From Minisyncoccia bacterium (GTDB taxonomy: Bacteria > Patescibacteriota > Minisyncoccia > Phycocordibacterales > SBAW01), in NCBI GenBank assembly GCA_049997855.1, contig JBEKSG010000003.1, forward strand, positions 4,154 to 68,153: DNA of 64,000 nt, read 5' to 3'. Below, piece by piece: positions 26,681-35,188 of this stretch. The notes beneath the pieces were generated by a model. The model did no database searches, had not been told where the DNA came from, and was given only the letters and a program-made list of their open reading frames with translations. The translations under genes were made by a program, and so were the position numbers. Position 1 is the first letter of the stretch; each line of letters begins with the position of its first letter.

Positions 26681-27451
26681 ATGAGCCGCGACTCGCTTTT
26701 AATACTCTGTGCTACAGGAATTGCGCTCATACTGATTTGCGGCAGTTACTTTCTGTGGCACCAACAAAAAGAAATACAAGCCCTTACGCTTGAAGCGGCG
26801 GTGGCGGGCACAGGGGATGCCTCTTTGGTTGCAGAATGGACTCCGATAGTTGTCCAGGTCGATTGCAGTTGGAAAGACTCTTCGCAGGATGGCGGCGGTA
26901 GCGGTATCTTATTAAAGCGTTCAAATGGTAATTTTTATATCCTCACCAACGCTCACGTCGTTACTGATAACACAGGAAAGAGGATAGCTCAGTCGTGCGA
27001 CACCGTGTTCCCGGATGCGGTAAGCACCACCTATACGGTTGATCATAAGAACATAACGACCGACCCAAATGGTGCGGATGCATCACTACTACAACTTCCT
27101 GAGGACTCATATCTCACGGGGCTAGTATCTACCAATCAAAGGAAAATCTGCACTACACCTCCCGCCATCGGGGACGACATGCTTTTGCTTGGCTACCCGG
27201 ATGCAGGCTCAAGCAACGGCATCACGGTTACCGATGGTATCGTTGCCGGTGATGAGGGATACGATTACGTTTCGTCGGCAAAGATAGACGGTGGAGATTC
27301 GGGCGGCGCGGCTATCGACGTGAAAAACGACTGTTATTTTGGGATACCTTCTTACACGATTGATGGCGACTACACAAATCTGGCTAGAGTTCTGAAATGG
27401 GGCACAATGTTTATTGATGACCCCGGCAAGCTATCTGAGGCGAGGTTGTAA
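26681..27451 (+). CDS. Membrane-anchored trypsin-like (S1) serine protease
   Basis: GSG, LTNAHVV, DASLL, GYP, GDSGG. Confidence 0.9.
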   Translation: MSRDSLLILCATGIALILICGSYFLWHQQKEIQALTLEAAVAGTGDASLVAEWTPIVVQVDCSWKDSSQDGGGSGILLKRSNGNFYILTNAHVVTDNTGKRIAQSCDTVFPDAVSTTYTVDHKNITTDPNGADASLLQLPEDSYLTGLVSTNQRKICTTPPAIGDDMLLLGYPDAGSSNGITVTDGIVAGDEGYDYVSSAKIDGGDSGGAAIDVKNDCYFGIPSYTIDGDYTNLARVLKWGTMFIDDPGKLSEARL

Positions 27452-27742
27452 TATGCCCCACAAGGCTACATGCGCTGTTTAAGGCTTCAAATTCTGCACG
27501 ATAGGGCTCATGTCGCTCTAAGCGCTAAGAAACACCACCACACCCTTCAGAAGAGCCATATCTGCCTTATTCTGTACTGTATCTAAGCGCGTATATGCTA
27601 TTTCTTTATAGCTCTCCCTCTGATGTGGGTGGCCAAAAACGATAGGGACGGCACAAAAAGCCTTACGCCGTTTCGACGTCGAACATAACGATATGATAAA
27701 CGATATATTGTGAACGAAATGTGATAGTATTTTTACGCGTCT

Positions 27743-28219
27743 ATGACACAGTTTTCAATTGAAATAACAGCCAATGCAGTTGCGTGGTATGGGGCAATCG
27801 TGGCCACTATCGGCATTATTATTTCCCTTCTTAATTTCGGTTTAAATTTCTGGAAGGAACGCGTGCGTATAAAAATAAAGGTAACTCAAGGATTTCATAC
27901 GCTAGGAGGTCCAGTCAGCGAGATATGTCTTTTTGTTGAGGCCATGAATGTAGGTTGGAGACCTGCCACCCTTAATACAGCTGGTTTTGAGCTGGACGAC
28001 GGAAGCAATCTTATCCTCACTCGAACGGCTGGGGAACAGCTACCTTACGAGCTGCGAGAGGGTAAGTCCCACATGAGTTATGTTGAGAAAGAGAAAATAG
28101 TCGAAACTCTGAAGGAGTCCGGAAGAAAATTAACGTACGCATGGTATACGACTGCAACTGGGAAGATATATAAAACAAGGAAAAATGTTGCAGCGATTAT
28201 GCTGAAAAGCAAAAATTAG
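27743..28219 (+). CDS. Hypothetical protein with N-terminal TM
   Basis: VAWYGAIVATI TM followed by a beta-rich domain (NVGWRP). Confidence 0.7.
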   Translation: MTQFSIEITANAVAWYGAIVATIGIIISLLNFGLNFWKERVRIKIKVTQGFHTLGGPVSEICLFVEAMNVGWRPATLNTAGFELDDGSNLILTRTAGEQLPYELREGKSHMSYVEKEKIVETLKESGRKLTYAWYTTATGKIYKTRKNVAAIMLKSKN

Positions 28220-28926
28220 GAGAGGGGTGGAAATTCAAATTTATATAGATAGGAAAATATTTCGGTCTGATTGCCCTTTTTGTGTAGATCTAGGAGAAGT
28301 GCCCCGGGTATTTGCCCTTTGTTTTCAAGCACCAATGCCTTGAGGGAAAAATCACAGCCTATTTTTGGCGTTCCCATGCTGAAAAGGGCCTGCCAACCAT
28401 CGCCCTTGTTGGCAAGCGTTGCAGTCATCCAAGCCTCCATAATGGGCAACCCTTGTTTCTGAATCTCGGCATACTCCGCGTCCATATCTACGGCGATATC
28501 CTTCTTGGCATGGACCAAAAGAATAAAATGAAATGGGTAAGCCTTCCCCGCGAGTTTGTTTTTGACACGTTCGCTCAGAGTCTCTTTGCTGTGAGCCTCC
28601 CAATCGGTAACTTCGATAAAATATTGCACCGTCTGCTGGCCATCGGGGATATCAGGGTGCGGTTGGAATCGGTAAGCATAGACGTCCGGCACTTCATCGT
28701 AAGAAGGTGCGAGCCAGTACTTTTCGTTGCCCACCACTAGTTTACTTCGGCCCAATAGAAAAATTGCGGTCGCGTGCATTTCCCGCGCCTTCTGAAAACG
28801 TCTATCTGTCAGTACTAAGTCTTTTCCGTAGAACCTCACTGCTCCCTCAAAGCGCTCGATTACAACGTAAGGGGTAAGCAGTGGACTTTCGGGGAAAAGC
28901 AGTTTTTCAAATTTAGTTGCAGCCAT
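28216..28926 (-). CDS. Hypothetical protein, possible PD-(D/E)xK-like nuclease fold
   Basis: VPDV...FIEVT spacing; start taken at MAATK. Confidence 0.55.
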   Translation of the reverse strand: MAATKFEKLLFPESPLLTPYVVIERFEGAVRFYGKDLVLTDRRFQKAREMHATAIFLLGRSKLVVGNEKYWLAPSYDEVPDVYAYRFQPHPDIPDGQQTVQYFIEVTDWEAHSKETLSERVKNKLAGKAYPFHFILLVHAKKDIAVDMDAEYAEIQKQGLPIMEAWMTATLANKGDGWQALFSMGTPKIGCDFSLKALVLENKGQIPGALLLDLHKKGNQTEIFSYLYKFEFPPLS

Positions 28927-28927
28927 A

Positions 28928-29446
28928 TTACCTGGTGCTATGAACACGGAAACCGCACGCACGGCAAATACCGTTGGTGTGCGAATAGTTGACGAAATAT
29001 TCAAATTTCTCTGCCTTACATACCGGACACATAACGCGCCCGCTCTTTTTTCCGGATTCTTCAATAGTTTTAAACACGCTCCGAACATTGAGCACGTACC
29101 CATTTATCTCATCCCTGTTGCCGAGATAACCTTTCACCCACAGATCGGTCGTGATCCGTCCGGCAGAAGTTTCTTTATACAAAATTTTTCCTTCATTCAG
29201 AAGTTTTTCCCAATACTGCCGTGAGTTACCATATGTTGCGGCAATATCTCGAGAGGACATCAGACGCGCATTAAAGGGAATATAGCCCTGGTGCTCCATG
29301 TGTTTGTATATCTCCTTCAGGCCTTCGGCAAGCAACGCCTCCTTTTGCTTTTTAGTGAGACCTCCTTCATAGCTCAGATCCATGCTCAACGTGCCTCCGC
29401 TGCTTGACGTGGCACTCCAATAAAATTTCAGTGGCGGTTCTTTCAT
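28928..29446 (-). CDS. HTH + zinc-ribbon protein
   Basis: MSSRDIAATYGNSRQYWEKLLNEGKI (excisionase-like HTH); CPVC..CRAC. Confidence 0.65.
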   Translation of the reverse strand: MKEPPLKFYWSATSSSGGTLSMDLSYEGGLTKKQKEALLAEGLKEIYKHMEHQGYIPFNARLMSSRDIAATYGNSRQYWEKLLNEGKILYKETSAGRITTDLWVKGYLGNRDEINGYVLNVRSVFKTIEESGKKSGRVMCPVCKAEKFEYFVNYSHTNGICRACGFRVHSTR

Positions 29447-29511
29447 GCGCCCAGTATACACGAAGTGGTTGCTTTTGGCAACCTGTTCATTTAGTTAACT
29501 AAAGACGCCCT

Positions 29512-29593
29512 GTGGCCCGGATATCGCGACTGGCATCTCACAGTCCGACATTATGTGAACCCCGGAGATGGTGGGGTACTGCACCTGGGCCGC
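29512..29593 (+). ncRNA. Candidate multi-way junction with kissing loops
   Basis: Closing stem GTGGCCCGG/CTGGGCCGC; loops contain complementary CATCTC and GAGATG. Confidence 0.4.
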
Positions 29594-29745
29594 TTATCTC
29601 AAAAACTCCTTATTTTACTTGCCAACTTTTAACAACCGCGACTAAAGACGGGGTCGGTGACAGCATAAAAGCAGTTCTAACGTCGTATAATAGGGAGCAC
29701 TAGGTTGAAAAAGCAAACTGCTTTGCTTTTTCATACACTTGTGCT

Positions 29746-29829
29746 GGGCGGAACGCTGCCCTGCAATTGCAGGGCCGTGAGCCGGGGTCGCGAGTAAATT
29801 TTGCGACGGCAACATTTAATTTGTGACCA
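29746..29829 (+). repeat. tRNA-downstream double-hairpin element, copy 2
   Basis: Homologous to the reverse complement of 11324..11410. Confidence 0.75.
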
Positions 29830-29888
29830 CAGACACAAAGCGAGCAAGGTCGACTTATGGCCACAAGATGTGTACAGTTGAGTTGATC

Positions 29889-29960
29889 GCTCTCGTAGTT
29901 TAATGGATAAAATACCTCCCTCCGAAGGAGGCGATGCAGGTTCGATTCCCGCCGGGAGCA
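29889..29960 (+). tRNA. tRNA-Arg(CCG)
   Basis: Anticodon arm CCTCC-CTCCGAA-GGAGG, GGTTCGATTCC. Confidence 0.93.
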
Positions 29961-29972
29961 CAAACAAAATAG

Positions 29973-30239
29973 TTATACCTTAAGAGCTCGGGCGACTTTT
30001 GCTTTGCGCCTTGCGGCGGTATTCTTTTTTATAAGTCCGCGTTTGGCGGCTTTGTCTATTGCTTTATAGGCGGCGGCAAGCGCCTTAATTTTGTCATTTA
30101 CACTGAGCGAAGTCGAAGCGTCAGAGGCGCTCCGCACGGCTTTAAACCCCTCGCGGAGTGCTTTGCGGCGGGCGTCGTTCATCGCGTGTTTGCGCTTGCT
30201 TTGGCGGATCGCTTTTTTAGCTCCTTCGGTTATTGCCAT
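29973..30239 (-). CDS. rpsT: 30S ribosomal protein S20
   Basis: AKKAIRQS, IDKAAKRGLIKKNTAARRK. Confidence 0.95.
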   Translation of the reverse strand: MAITEGAKKAIRQSKRKHAMNDARRKALREGFKAVRSASDASTSLSVNDKIKALAAAYKAIDKAAKRGLIKKNTAARRKAKVARALKV

Positions 30240-30316
30240 AGGTAAAAAGATACTAGCACAATACAGGCAATACGCACAACATTGTTTAGCTGAAGCGACC
30301 GTTCTACTATAGAGCC

Positions 30317-30916
30317 ATGATAGGCAAACTTACCGGCCGGTTTGGAGGCACTACCCCCGAGGGAGCCGTGATAGTGGAGGTGGGCGGCGTGGGGTATGTG
30401 GCGCGTGTGCCGCTTTTTGCCCTGACGACGCTGCAGGAGCAGGCTTTTGGTGAGATATCTCTTTTTATACACACCTCCGTGCGCGAGGATGCGCTCGACC
30501 TCTACGGCTTCCCCACCGAGGACGAGCTCTCATTTTTTAAACAATTGATGAGCGTTTCCGGCATCGGCCCTAAAACCGCGCTTGGTATTTTAAATGTCTC
30601 CGATGTGGCAACACTGCGTCGCAATATCGCCGCTGGCGACGCGGCCGCGCTTACCAAAGTGTTTGGCATCGGCAAAAAAAGCGCCGAGCGCATCGTGGTT
30701 GAGTTGCGCGACAAACTGGCAAAGGAGCAGACGGCGCGCGGCGAACGTATCGAGGGTGACGATGCCGAGGTTATCGAAGCGCTCACGGCGCTCGGCTACT
30801 CGCTTGCGGAGGCACGCGGTGCGCTCAAGCTTGTCGACTCTTCCAAGAAACTCGGGATAAACGAGCGGATATCGGCGGCGCTCAAAGCGCTCGGCACCGC
30901 TCCCGCACTTTCATGA
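30317..30916 (+). CDS. ruvA: Holliday junction DNA-binding subunit RuvA
   Basis: VGGVGY, VREDALDLYGF, VSGIGPKTAL, GIGKKSAERIVVEL. Confidence 0.96.
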   Translation: MIGKLTGRFGGTTPEGAVIVEVGGVGYVARVPLFALTTLQEQAFGEISLFIHTSVREDALDLYGFPTEDELSFFKQLMSVSGIGPKTALGILNVSDVATLRRNIAAGDAAALTKVFGIGKKSAERIVVELRDKLAKEQTARGERIEGDDAEVIEALTALGYSLAEARGALKLVDSSKKLGINERISAALKALGTAPALS

Positions 30917-32187
30917 TGTATCGCATTAAATCTTGGCTCAGGTCGCTTATGCCCGCTTCGGTGCTTGATCGCTATCATTACACCATGGCGATGGCGGGTG
31001 CATTGTATTATCGCTTCCCCTCCCGCCAACTGTTTGTTATCGGCATCACCGGCACCAAGGGCAAGTCGACTACCGCCGAGCTTGTGGCGGCCATGTTAGA
31101 GGAGGCCGGTTTTACCGTAGCGCTTGCCTCCACGATACGGTTTGCTGTGGGCTATGAAAGCGAGCCGAATCTTTTTAAGATGACGATGCCGGGCAGGTTT
31201 TTTTTGCAGCGCTTTTTGCGCAAAGCGGTGCGCAAGGGTGCCACGCATGCAGTGGTCGAGATGACCTCCGAAGGCGCCAAGCAGTATCGGCACAAAGGCA
31301 TCGCGTTTGATGCGCTTATTTTTACCAACCTCCAGCCCGAGCATCTCGAGAGCCATGGCGGCATGCAAAAATATGCCGAAGCCAAGCTTTCTCTGGCAAA
31401 ACATTTGGAAAGTTCGCCTAAGCGCCCGCGCTACGTCGTAGCTAATGCCGACGACGCATACGGTAAGGATTTTTTGGCAGCCGAAGTCGAGGTGTGTGCG
31501 CCGTTTAGCCTGCATGATGCCGAGCCGTACAGCACCGACGAAAAAAGCGTGCGCTTTGTGTGGCGCGGCGGCAATTTGTTTACCGTACCGCTGCCCGGCG
31601 TATTTAATATCAAAAATATGCTGGCGGCGCTTACGCTCGGCGACGCGATGGGCATCGACGAGCAGATTATGAAGCGGGCGCTTGAGCATATCAAGCCGAT
31701 AGCCGGTCGCGCCGAGCGCGTTGAAAAGAGCCAACCGTTTACGGTGGTAGTCGACTACGCGCATACGCCTGACTCTTTGCGCGCGCTTTTTGAAACGTAT
31801 CGCGGCTCCATACGCGCGCACCAAAAAATAATCGGCATCATCGGCTCTACCGGTGGCGGCCGCGACACGTGGAATCGTCCCGAGAAAGGCAAGGTCGCCG
31901 ACGAATTTTGCGACATCGTGTTTATCACCAACGAAGATCCGTACGACGAAGACCCGCAAAAAATCGTGGAAGCTATAGCAAAGGGTTTTACAAAAAAGAA
32001 GCCGCTTATCATACTCGACCGCCGCCAAGCCATACGCGAGGCGCTTAAAGAAGCTAAAGAGGGCGATGCGGTGCTTATTACCGGCAAAGGCACCGACCCG
32101 TACATCATGCTCGCATACGGAGCAAAAGAACCATGGGGTGACAAAAAAGTTGCCGAGGAAGAATTGATAAAATTAGGGTATCATTAA
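30913..32187 (+). CDS. murE: Mur ligase, MurE-type
   Basis: GITGTKGKSTT, EMTSEG, VDYAHTPD, TNEDP, GKG. Confidence 0.85.
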   Translation: MMYRIKSWLRSLMPASVLDRYHYTMAMAGALYYRFPSRQLFVIGITGTKGKSTTAELVAAMLEEAGFTVALASTIRFAVGYESEPNLFKMTMPGRFFLQRFLRKAVRKGATHAVVEMTSEGAKQYRHKGIAFDALIFTNLQPEHLESHGGMQKYAEAKLSLAKHLESSPKRPRYVVANADDAYGKDFLAAEVEVCAPFSLHDAEPYSTDEKSVRFVWRGGNLFTVPLPGVFNIKNMLAALTLGDAMGIDEQIMKRALEHIKPIAGRAERVEKSQPFTVVVDYAHTPDSLRALFETYRGSIRAHQKIIGIIGSTGGGRDTWNRPEKGKVADEFCDIVFITNEDPYDEDPQKIVEAIAKGFTKKKPLIILDRRQAIREALKEAKEGDAVLITGKGTDPYIMLAYGAKEPWGDKKVAEEELIKLGYH

Positions 32188-32190
32188 CGC

Positions 32191-32406
32191 ATGGCAGATG
32201 AAAAACCCGAAGGTTCCGGCCCCCTCAGCGATGCTATTTTTATCCTCGGCGTCATTGTGGTGCTCATTGTGCTGTGGTTTGCACAGGGCGCGCACAAAGC
32301 AGCCAACCTCGAAGGCATCTTTCTTCATCCGCCGGCGCCGGTTGGCCAGGGAGGGTCCTATGGCCCAACCATCGGCACCACGAGCGCCACATTGCAACAA
32401 AATTAA
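32191..32406 (+). CDS. Small single-TM protein
   Basis: One TM segment, operonic with murE. Confidence 0.65.
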   Translation: MADEKPEGSGPLSDAIFILGVIVVLIVLWFAQGAHKAANLEGIFLHPPAPVGQGGSYGPTIGTTSATLQQN

Positions 32407-32422
32407 TCGATAATCCAACCAT

Positions 32423-32803
32423 ATGTTAAACGTATTTCCTTCCTTGCTTGACTACTCGTTTTTTGCGCCGACACTTTTACGCATTACGGTTGCATTGGTT
32501 TTGTTTTCTCTTGCCTACCAACAATGGCAAAGGCGGAGCGAGATTGCTCACCTTCGCTCGGTCGGATTTCCTGCACTTTCCATTATCTTCAATGTCGTCG
32601 TGGGAGCTGCACTGTTTGTCGGCTACTACACGCAACCGGCCGCGTTATGTGCGATTGCAGGATTTTGCATCGGACTTTGGGCAAACCGCCGTTATCCGCA
32701 GGTGGTTATCATACCCGGCTCGACGGTTGTCGTGTTGATAGTCATATTAATTAGCATTCTCTTTACCGGAGCCGGTGCGTTTGCGTTTGATTTGCCACTC
32801 TAG
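32423..32803 (+). CDS. DoxX-like membrane protein
   Basis: APTLLR, GYYTQPAA, TGAGAFAFDLPL. Confidence 0.75.
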   Translation: MLNVFPSLLDYSFFAPTLLRITVALVLFSLAYQQWQRRSEIAHLRSVGFPALSIIFNVVVGAALFVGYYTQPAALCAIAGFCIGLWANRRYPQVVIIPGSTVVVLIVILISILFTGAGAFAFDLPL

Positions 32804-32818
32804 TAGCGTAAAAACGAA

Positions 32819-32908
32819 AACAAAAGTTGGTGAGAAAAAGTCTGGAAGCCTACAGCGAGGCTTTGCGAGGTGAGGCGGCCCGAGGACTTTTTTGAGGCAA
32901 TTTTTGTT
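32819..32908. repeat. Intergenic nested palindrome, same family as the holA insertion
   Basis: AACAAAAGTTG/CAATTTTTGTT and GAAAAAGTC/GACTTTTTT stems. Confidence 0.65.
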
Positions 32909-32916
32909 GGAGAAAC

Positions 32917-33423
32917 ATGCTTACACTCATCCTCCACAACATCCGAAGCGTACACAACGTAGGCTCTATTTTTCGCACGGCCGATGCGGCTGGCGTATCC
33001 AAAATTATTTTGAGCGGCTATACGCCAATGCCGCTTGATAGATTTGGCCGCGAACGCAAAGATTTTGTTAAAGTATCGCTCGGTGCTGAACAGTCGGTAC
33101 CATGGGCACATGTTAAACGACCCGCATCCGCGCTTACTAAATTAAAAAAAGAGGGCTACACGCTGGCGGCGTTGGAGCAAGACAAAAACTCAACGCCGCT
33201 CTTTGCGTATAAATCTATAAACAAAAAGATAGCACTTATCGTGGGCAACGAGGTACGCGGTGTCTCCCCCGCTCTACTTAAAAAAGTTGATGCGATTTTA
33301 GAAATCCCCATGCGCGGCGCAATGGTTCGACAAGCTCACCATCCTCGCAACAATAAGCGAGGAAAAGAAAGTTTAAACGTGAGCGTTGCCGCCGGCATAG
33401 CGCTCTTTGCGCTGCTTAGATAA
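32917..33423 (+). CDS. TrmH/SpoU-family RNA methyltransferase
   Basis: NIRSVHNVGSIFRTADA, VGNEVRG, EIPM.G..ESLNVSVA. Confidence 0.93.
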   Translation: MLTLILHNIRSVHNVGSIFRTADAAGVSKIILSGYTPMPLDRFGRERKDFVKVSLGAEQSVPWAHVKRPASALTKLKKEGYTLAALEQDKNSTPLFAYKSINKKIALIVGNEVRGVSPALLKKVDAILEIPMRGAMVRQAHHPRNNKRGKESLNVSVAAGIALFALLR

Positions 33424-33469
33424 AGAAAAAGAGCGCCGATGAGGCGCTCAGTTTTTGGGCTTGAGCCCG

Positions 33470-33655
33470 CTAGTTGTTGACGGACTCGGACGTCTCCGAG
33501 ACGGGGATTTGAGAGTCCTTGTCCGCCTTCGTGCCGATGACCGACAGAGAAGCGATGATGAAAATCGCGATGAGCGCCGCGATCAACGCGTATTCGATGC
33601 TCGAAATTTTCATAACCATGCCCTCTTTTGGCGAGTTTGGGAGACCATCCCCCAA
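33470..33655 (-). CDS. Flp-like (type IVb) pilin; start uncertain
   Basis: SIEYALIAALIAIFIIASLS. Confidence 0.65.
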   Translation of the reverse strand: MGDGLPNSPKEGMVMKISSIEYALIAALIAIFIIASLSVIGTKADKDSQIPVSETSESVNN

Positions 33656-33795
33656 ACCAAACTTTCTATAAAATTATACTCTTAAAGACGCCTCCTGTCA
33701 AGTCGACACCACCCCTTTACGCATGGCAGGGTTTTTGCCTTTATTTTATGGCTCATTTTTGATATAGTGCGCTCAATCGCCCGCATGGCGTGTTT

Positions 33796-33868
33796 GCGCC
33801 CATAGCTCAGTCGGTAGAGCGGCTCCCTTTTAAGGAGAAGGTCGTTGGTTCGAATCCAACTGGGCGCA
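33796..33868 (+). tRNA. tRNA-Lys(UUU)
   Basis: TAGCTCAGTCGGTAGAGC, anticodon loop CTTTTAA, GGTTCGAATCC. Confidence 0.95.
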
Positions 33869-33878
33869 CAACGTTGTT

Positions 33879-34508
33879 ATGAACCCCGGCGACTCAATAC
33901 TTGAAAAATCAGATGCGGAGATACTTGCCATCGCGCACCAGCTGCGCGTCGCTTACAAAATGAAGCGCACTTTGCGCTACGGTACCACGCGCGACTTTGC
34001 CGTGCACAGCGAGTCGGTGGCCGAGCACGTGTTCGCGCTTATTTTTTTGGCAACATATTTTTTACCGCTCGAAGAGGTTGGTACCTCGCTCGACAAAGTA
34101 AAAATCTACGAGATACTGCTCTACCACGATTTTGGCGAGATCATCCATGGTGATGTTTTAACCTATCACAAAACGGAAACCGATAGAGAAAGAGAAGCGG
34201 CCGACGCAAAAAAAGTTTTTGCTTCGTTGCCGGCTTCGTTGCAAAAAGTTGGATATGAGCGTTGGTGCGCATATGAGGAGCAGACCTGTCCTGAAGCTCG
34301 TTTTGCCTATGCATTGGATAAAGTTGAACCTGTCTTTGAATTGCTCGATCCGATAAACGAACTCTCAGTTAAGCGTTTTAAAATTACTTACCTCCGGCAC
34401 TTAGGACACAAACTTGAAGCAGCTGAGGCCTATCCCGTAATGAAGCGTTTTGCCAACGTTATCTCCAACGACATGCGTGAGCGTGGCGTCTTTTGGCCAG
34501 AAAAATAA
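33879..34508 (+). CDS. HD-domain phosphohydrolase (YfbR/HD_3-like)
   Basis: ESVAEH, HDFGE..GD, EARFAYALDK. Confidence 0.88.
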   Translation: MNPGDSILEKSDAEILAIAHQLRVAYKMKRTLRYGTTRDFAVHSESVAEHVFALIFLATYFLPLEEVGTSLDKVKIYEILLYHDFGEIIHGDVLTYHKTETDREREAADAKKVFASLPASLQKVGYERWCAYEEQTCPEARFAYALDKVEPVFELLDPINELSVKRFKITYLRHLGHKLEAAEAYPVMKRFANVISNDMRERGVFWPEK

Positions 34509-34575
34509 AAACAAAAGTCTGATTTTGCTCCACTTGGCAGCTCGCAGCGCTCGCAAAATCAGACTTTTGTTTTTA
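34506..34575. repeat. Perfect 23-bp inverted repeat between convergent genes
   Basis: TAAAAACAAAAGTCTGATTTTGC...GCAAAATCAGACTTTTGTTTTTA. Confidence 0.85.
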
Positions 34576-34576
34576 C

Positions 34577-35188
34577 TTAGAACGTAAGTGCAAAGCGCTC
34601 GAGCAACAACTCCAAACTGCCCGCGCCGCGGTGCGAGTCGTGATACATAAAGGTAAGCGTGCGCGAGAGTTTGATGTTGCCCATCTGGCGAGCCTTCCAT
34701 GCCAAGAGGCTGGCTATGGCCTCGGCTCTTTCTCCCTCGGCAAGTGCAGCGGTAAGGTTAAGCCACAACTTTTTTTTGTCGTACGCGCCAAGCGCAACGG
34801 TAAGGCCAAATGGATCGAAGCCTCTTTCTTTTACGGCAGCTTTTTTAGTCACCTCGATGTGTGCGCCTGCTTTTTCGAGCGTCACTGTAGGCGCTTTTAA
34901 CAACTTCTCTTCTTCAAAAATAAACGTATGCGGCGACTCGGCAAGCTCTTTGGCGATATCTAAAAATTCTTCCTGCCGCTCGCTATTTAACGCACTGACC
35001 AACAAAAAAGTTTGTGCTCCGCCAAACATGCTCTCCGTTGAAGCAAGCGAGAGCAGTTCGTCAGTGCTTATATCTTGCCACTTTAGTTCCTCAGGCGGAG
35101 CAGAAAACTTTTTATGAAATAGTCTGGGAGCCGCCGAGGACTTTTCAGAAAAAGTTTTCTGTGCAACTTCTACAACAACATGTATCAT
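34577..35188 (-). CDS. Reduced DNA polymerase III delta (HolA-like) subunit
   Basis: SMFGG, DKKKLW, ATGA-coupled to polA; divergent. Confidence 0.6.
   Translation of the reverse strand: MIHVVVEVAQKTFSEKSSAAPRLFHKKFSAPPEELKWQDISTDELLSLASTESMFGGAQTFLLVSALNSERQEEFLDIAKELAESPHTFIFEEEKLLKAPTVTLEKAGAHIEVTKKAAVKERGFDPFGLTVALGAYDKKKLWLNLTAALAEGERAEAIASLLAWKARQMGNIKLSRTLTFMYHDSHRGAGSLELLLERFALTF

Larger units (their letters stand above)
21091..29700. mobile_element. ~8.6 kb integrative element with large serine recombinase
   Basis: Direct repeat GGGAGCAC at 21091-21098 (tRNA 3' end) and 29693-29700; integrase abuts the left repeat; cargo genes are non-core. Confidence 0.85.

Noticed and set aside
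29889-29960. tRNA-Arg(CCG) as the duplicated att end of the element
   Set aside because: It is a complete, distinct tRNA. The core at 29693-29700 fits better because it restores the integrase frame and the tRNA-to-repeat spacing.
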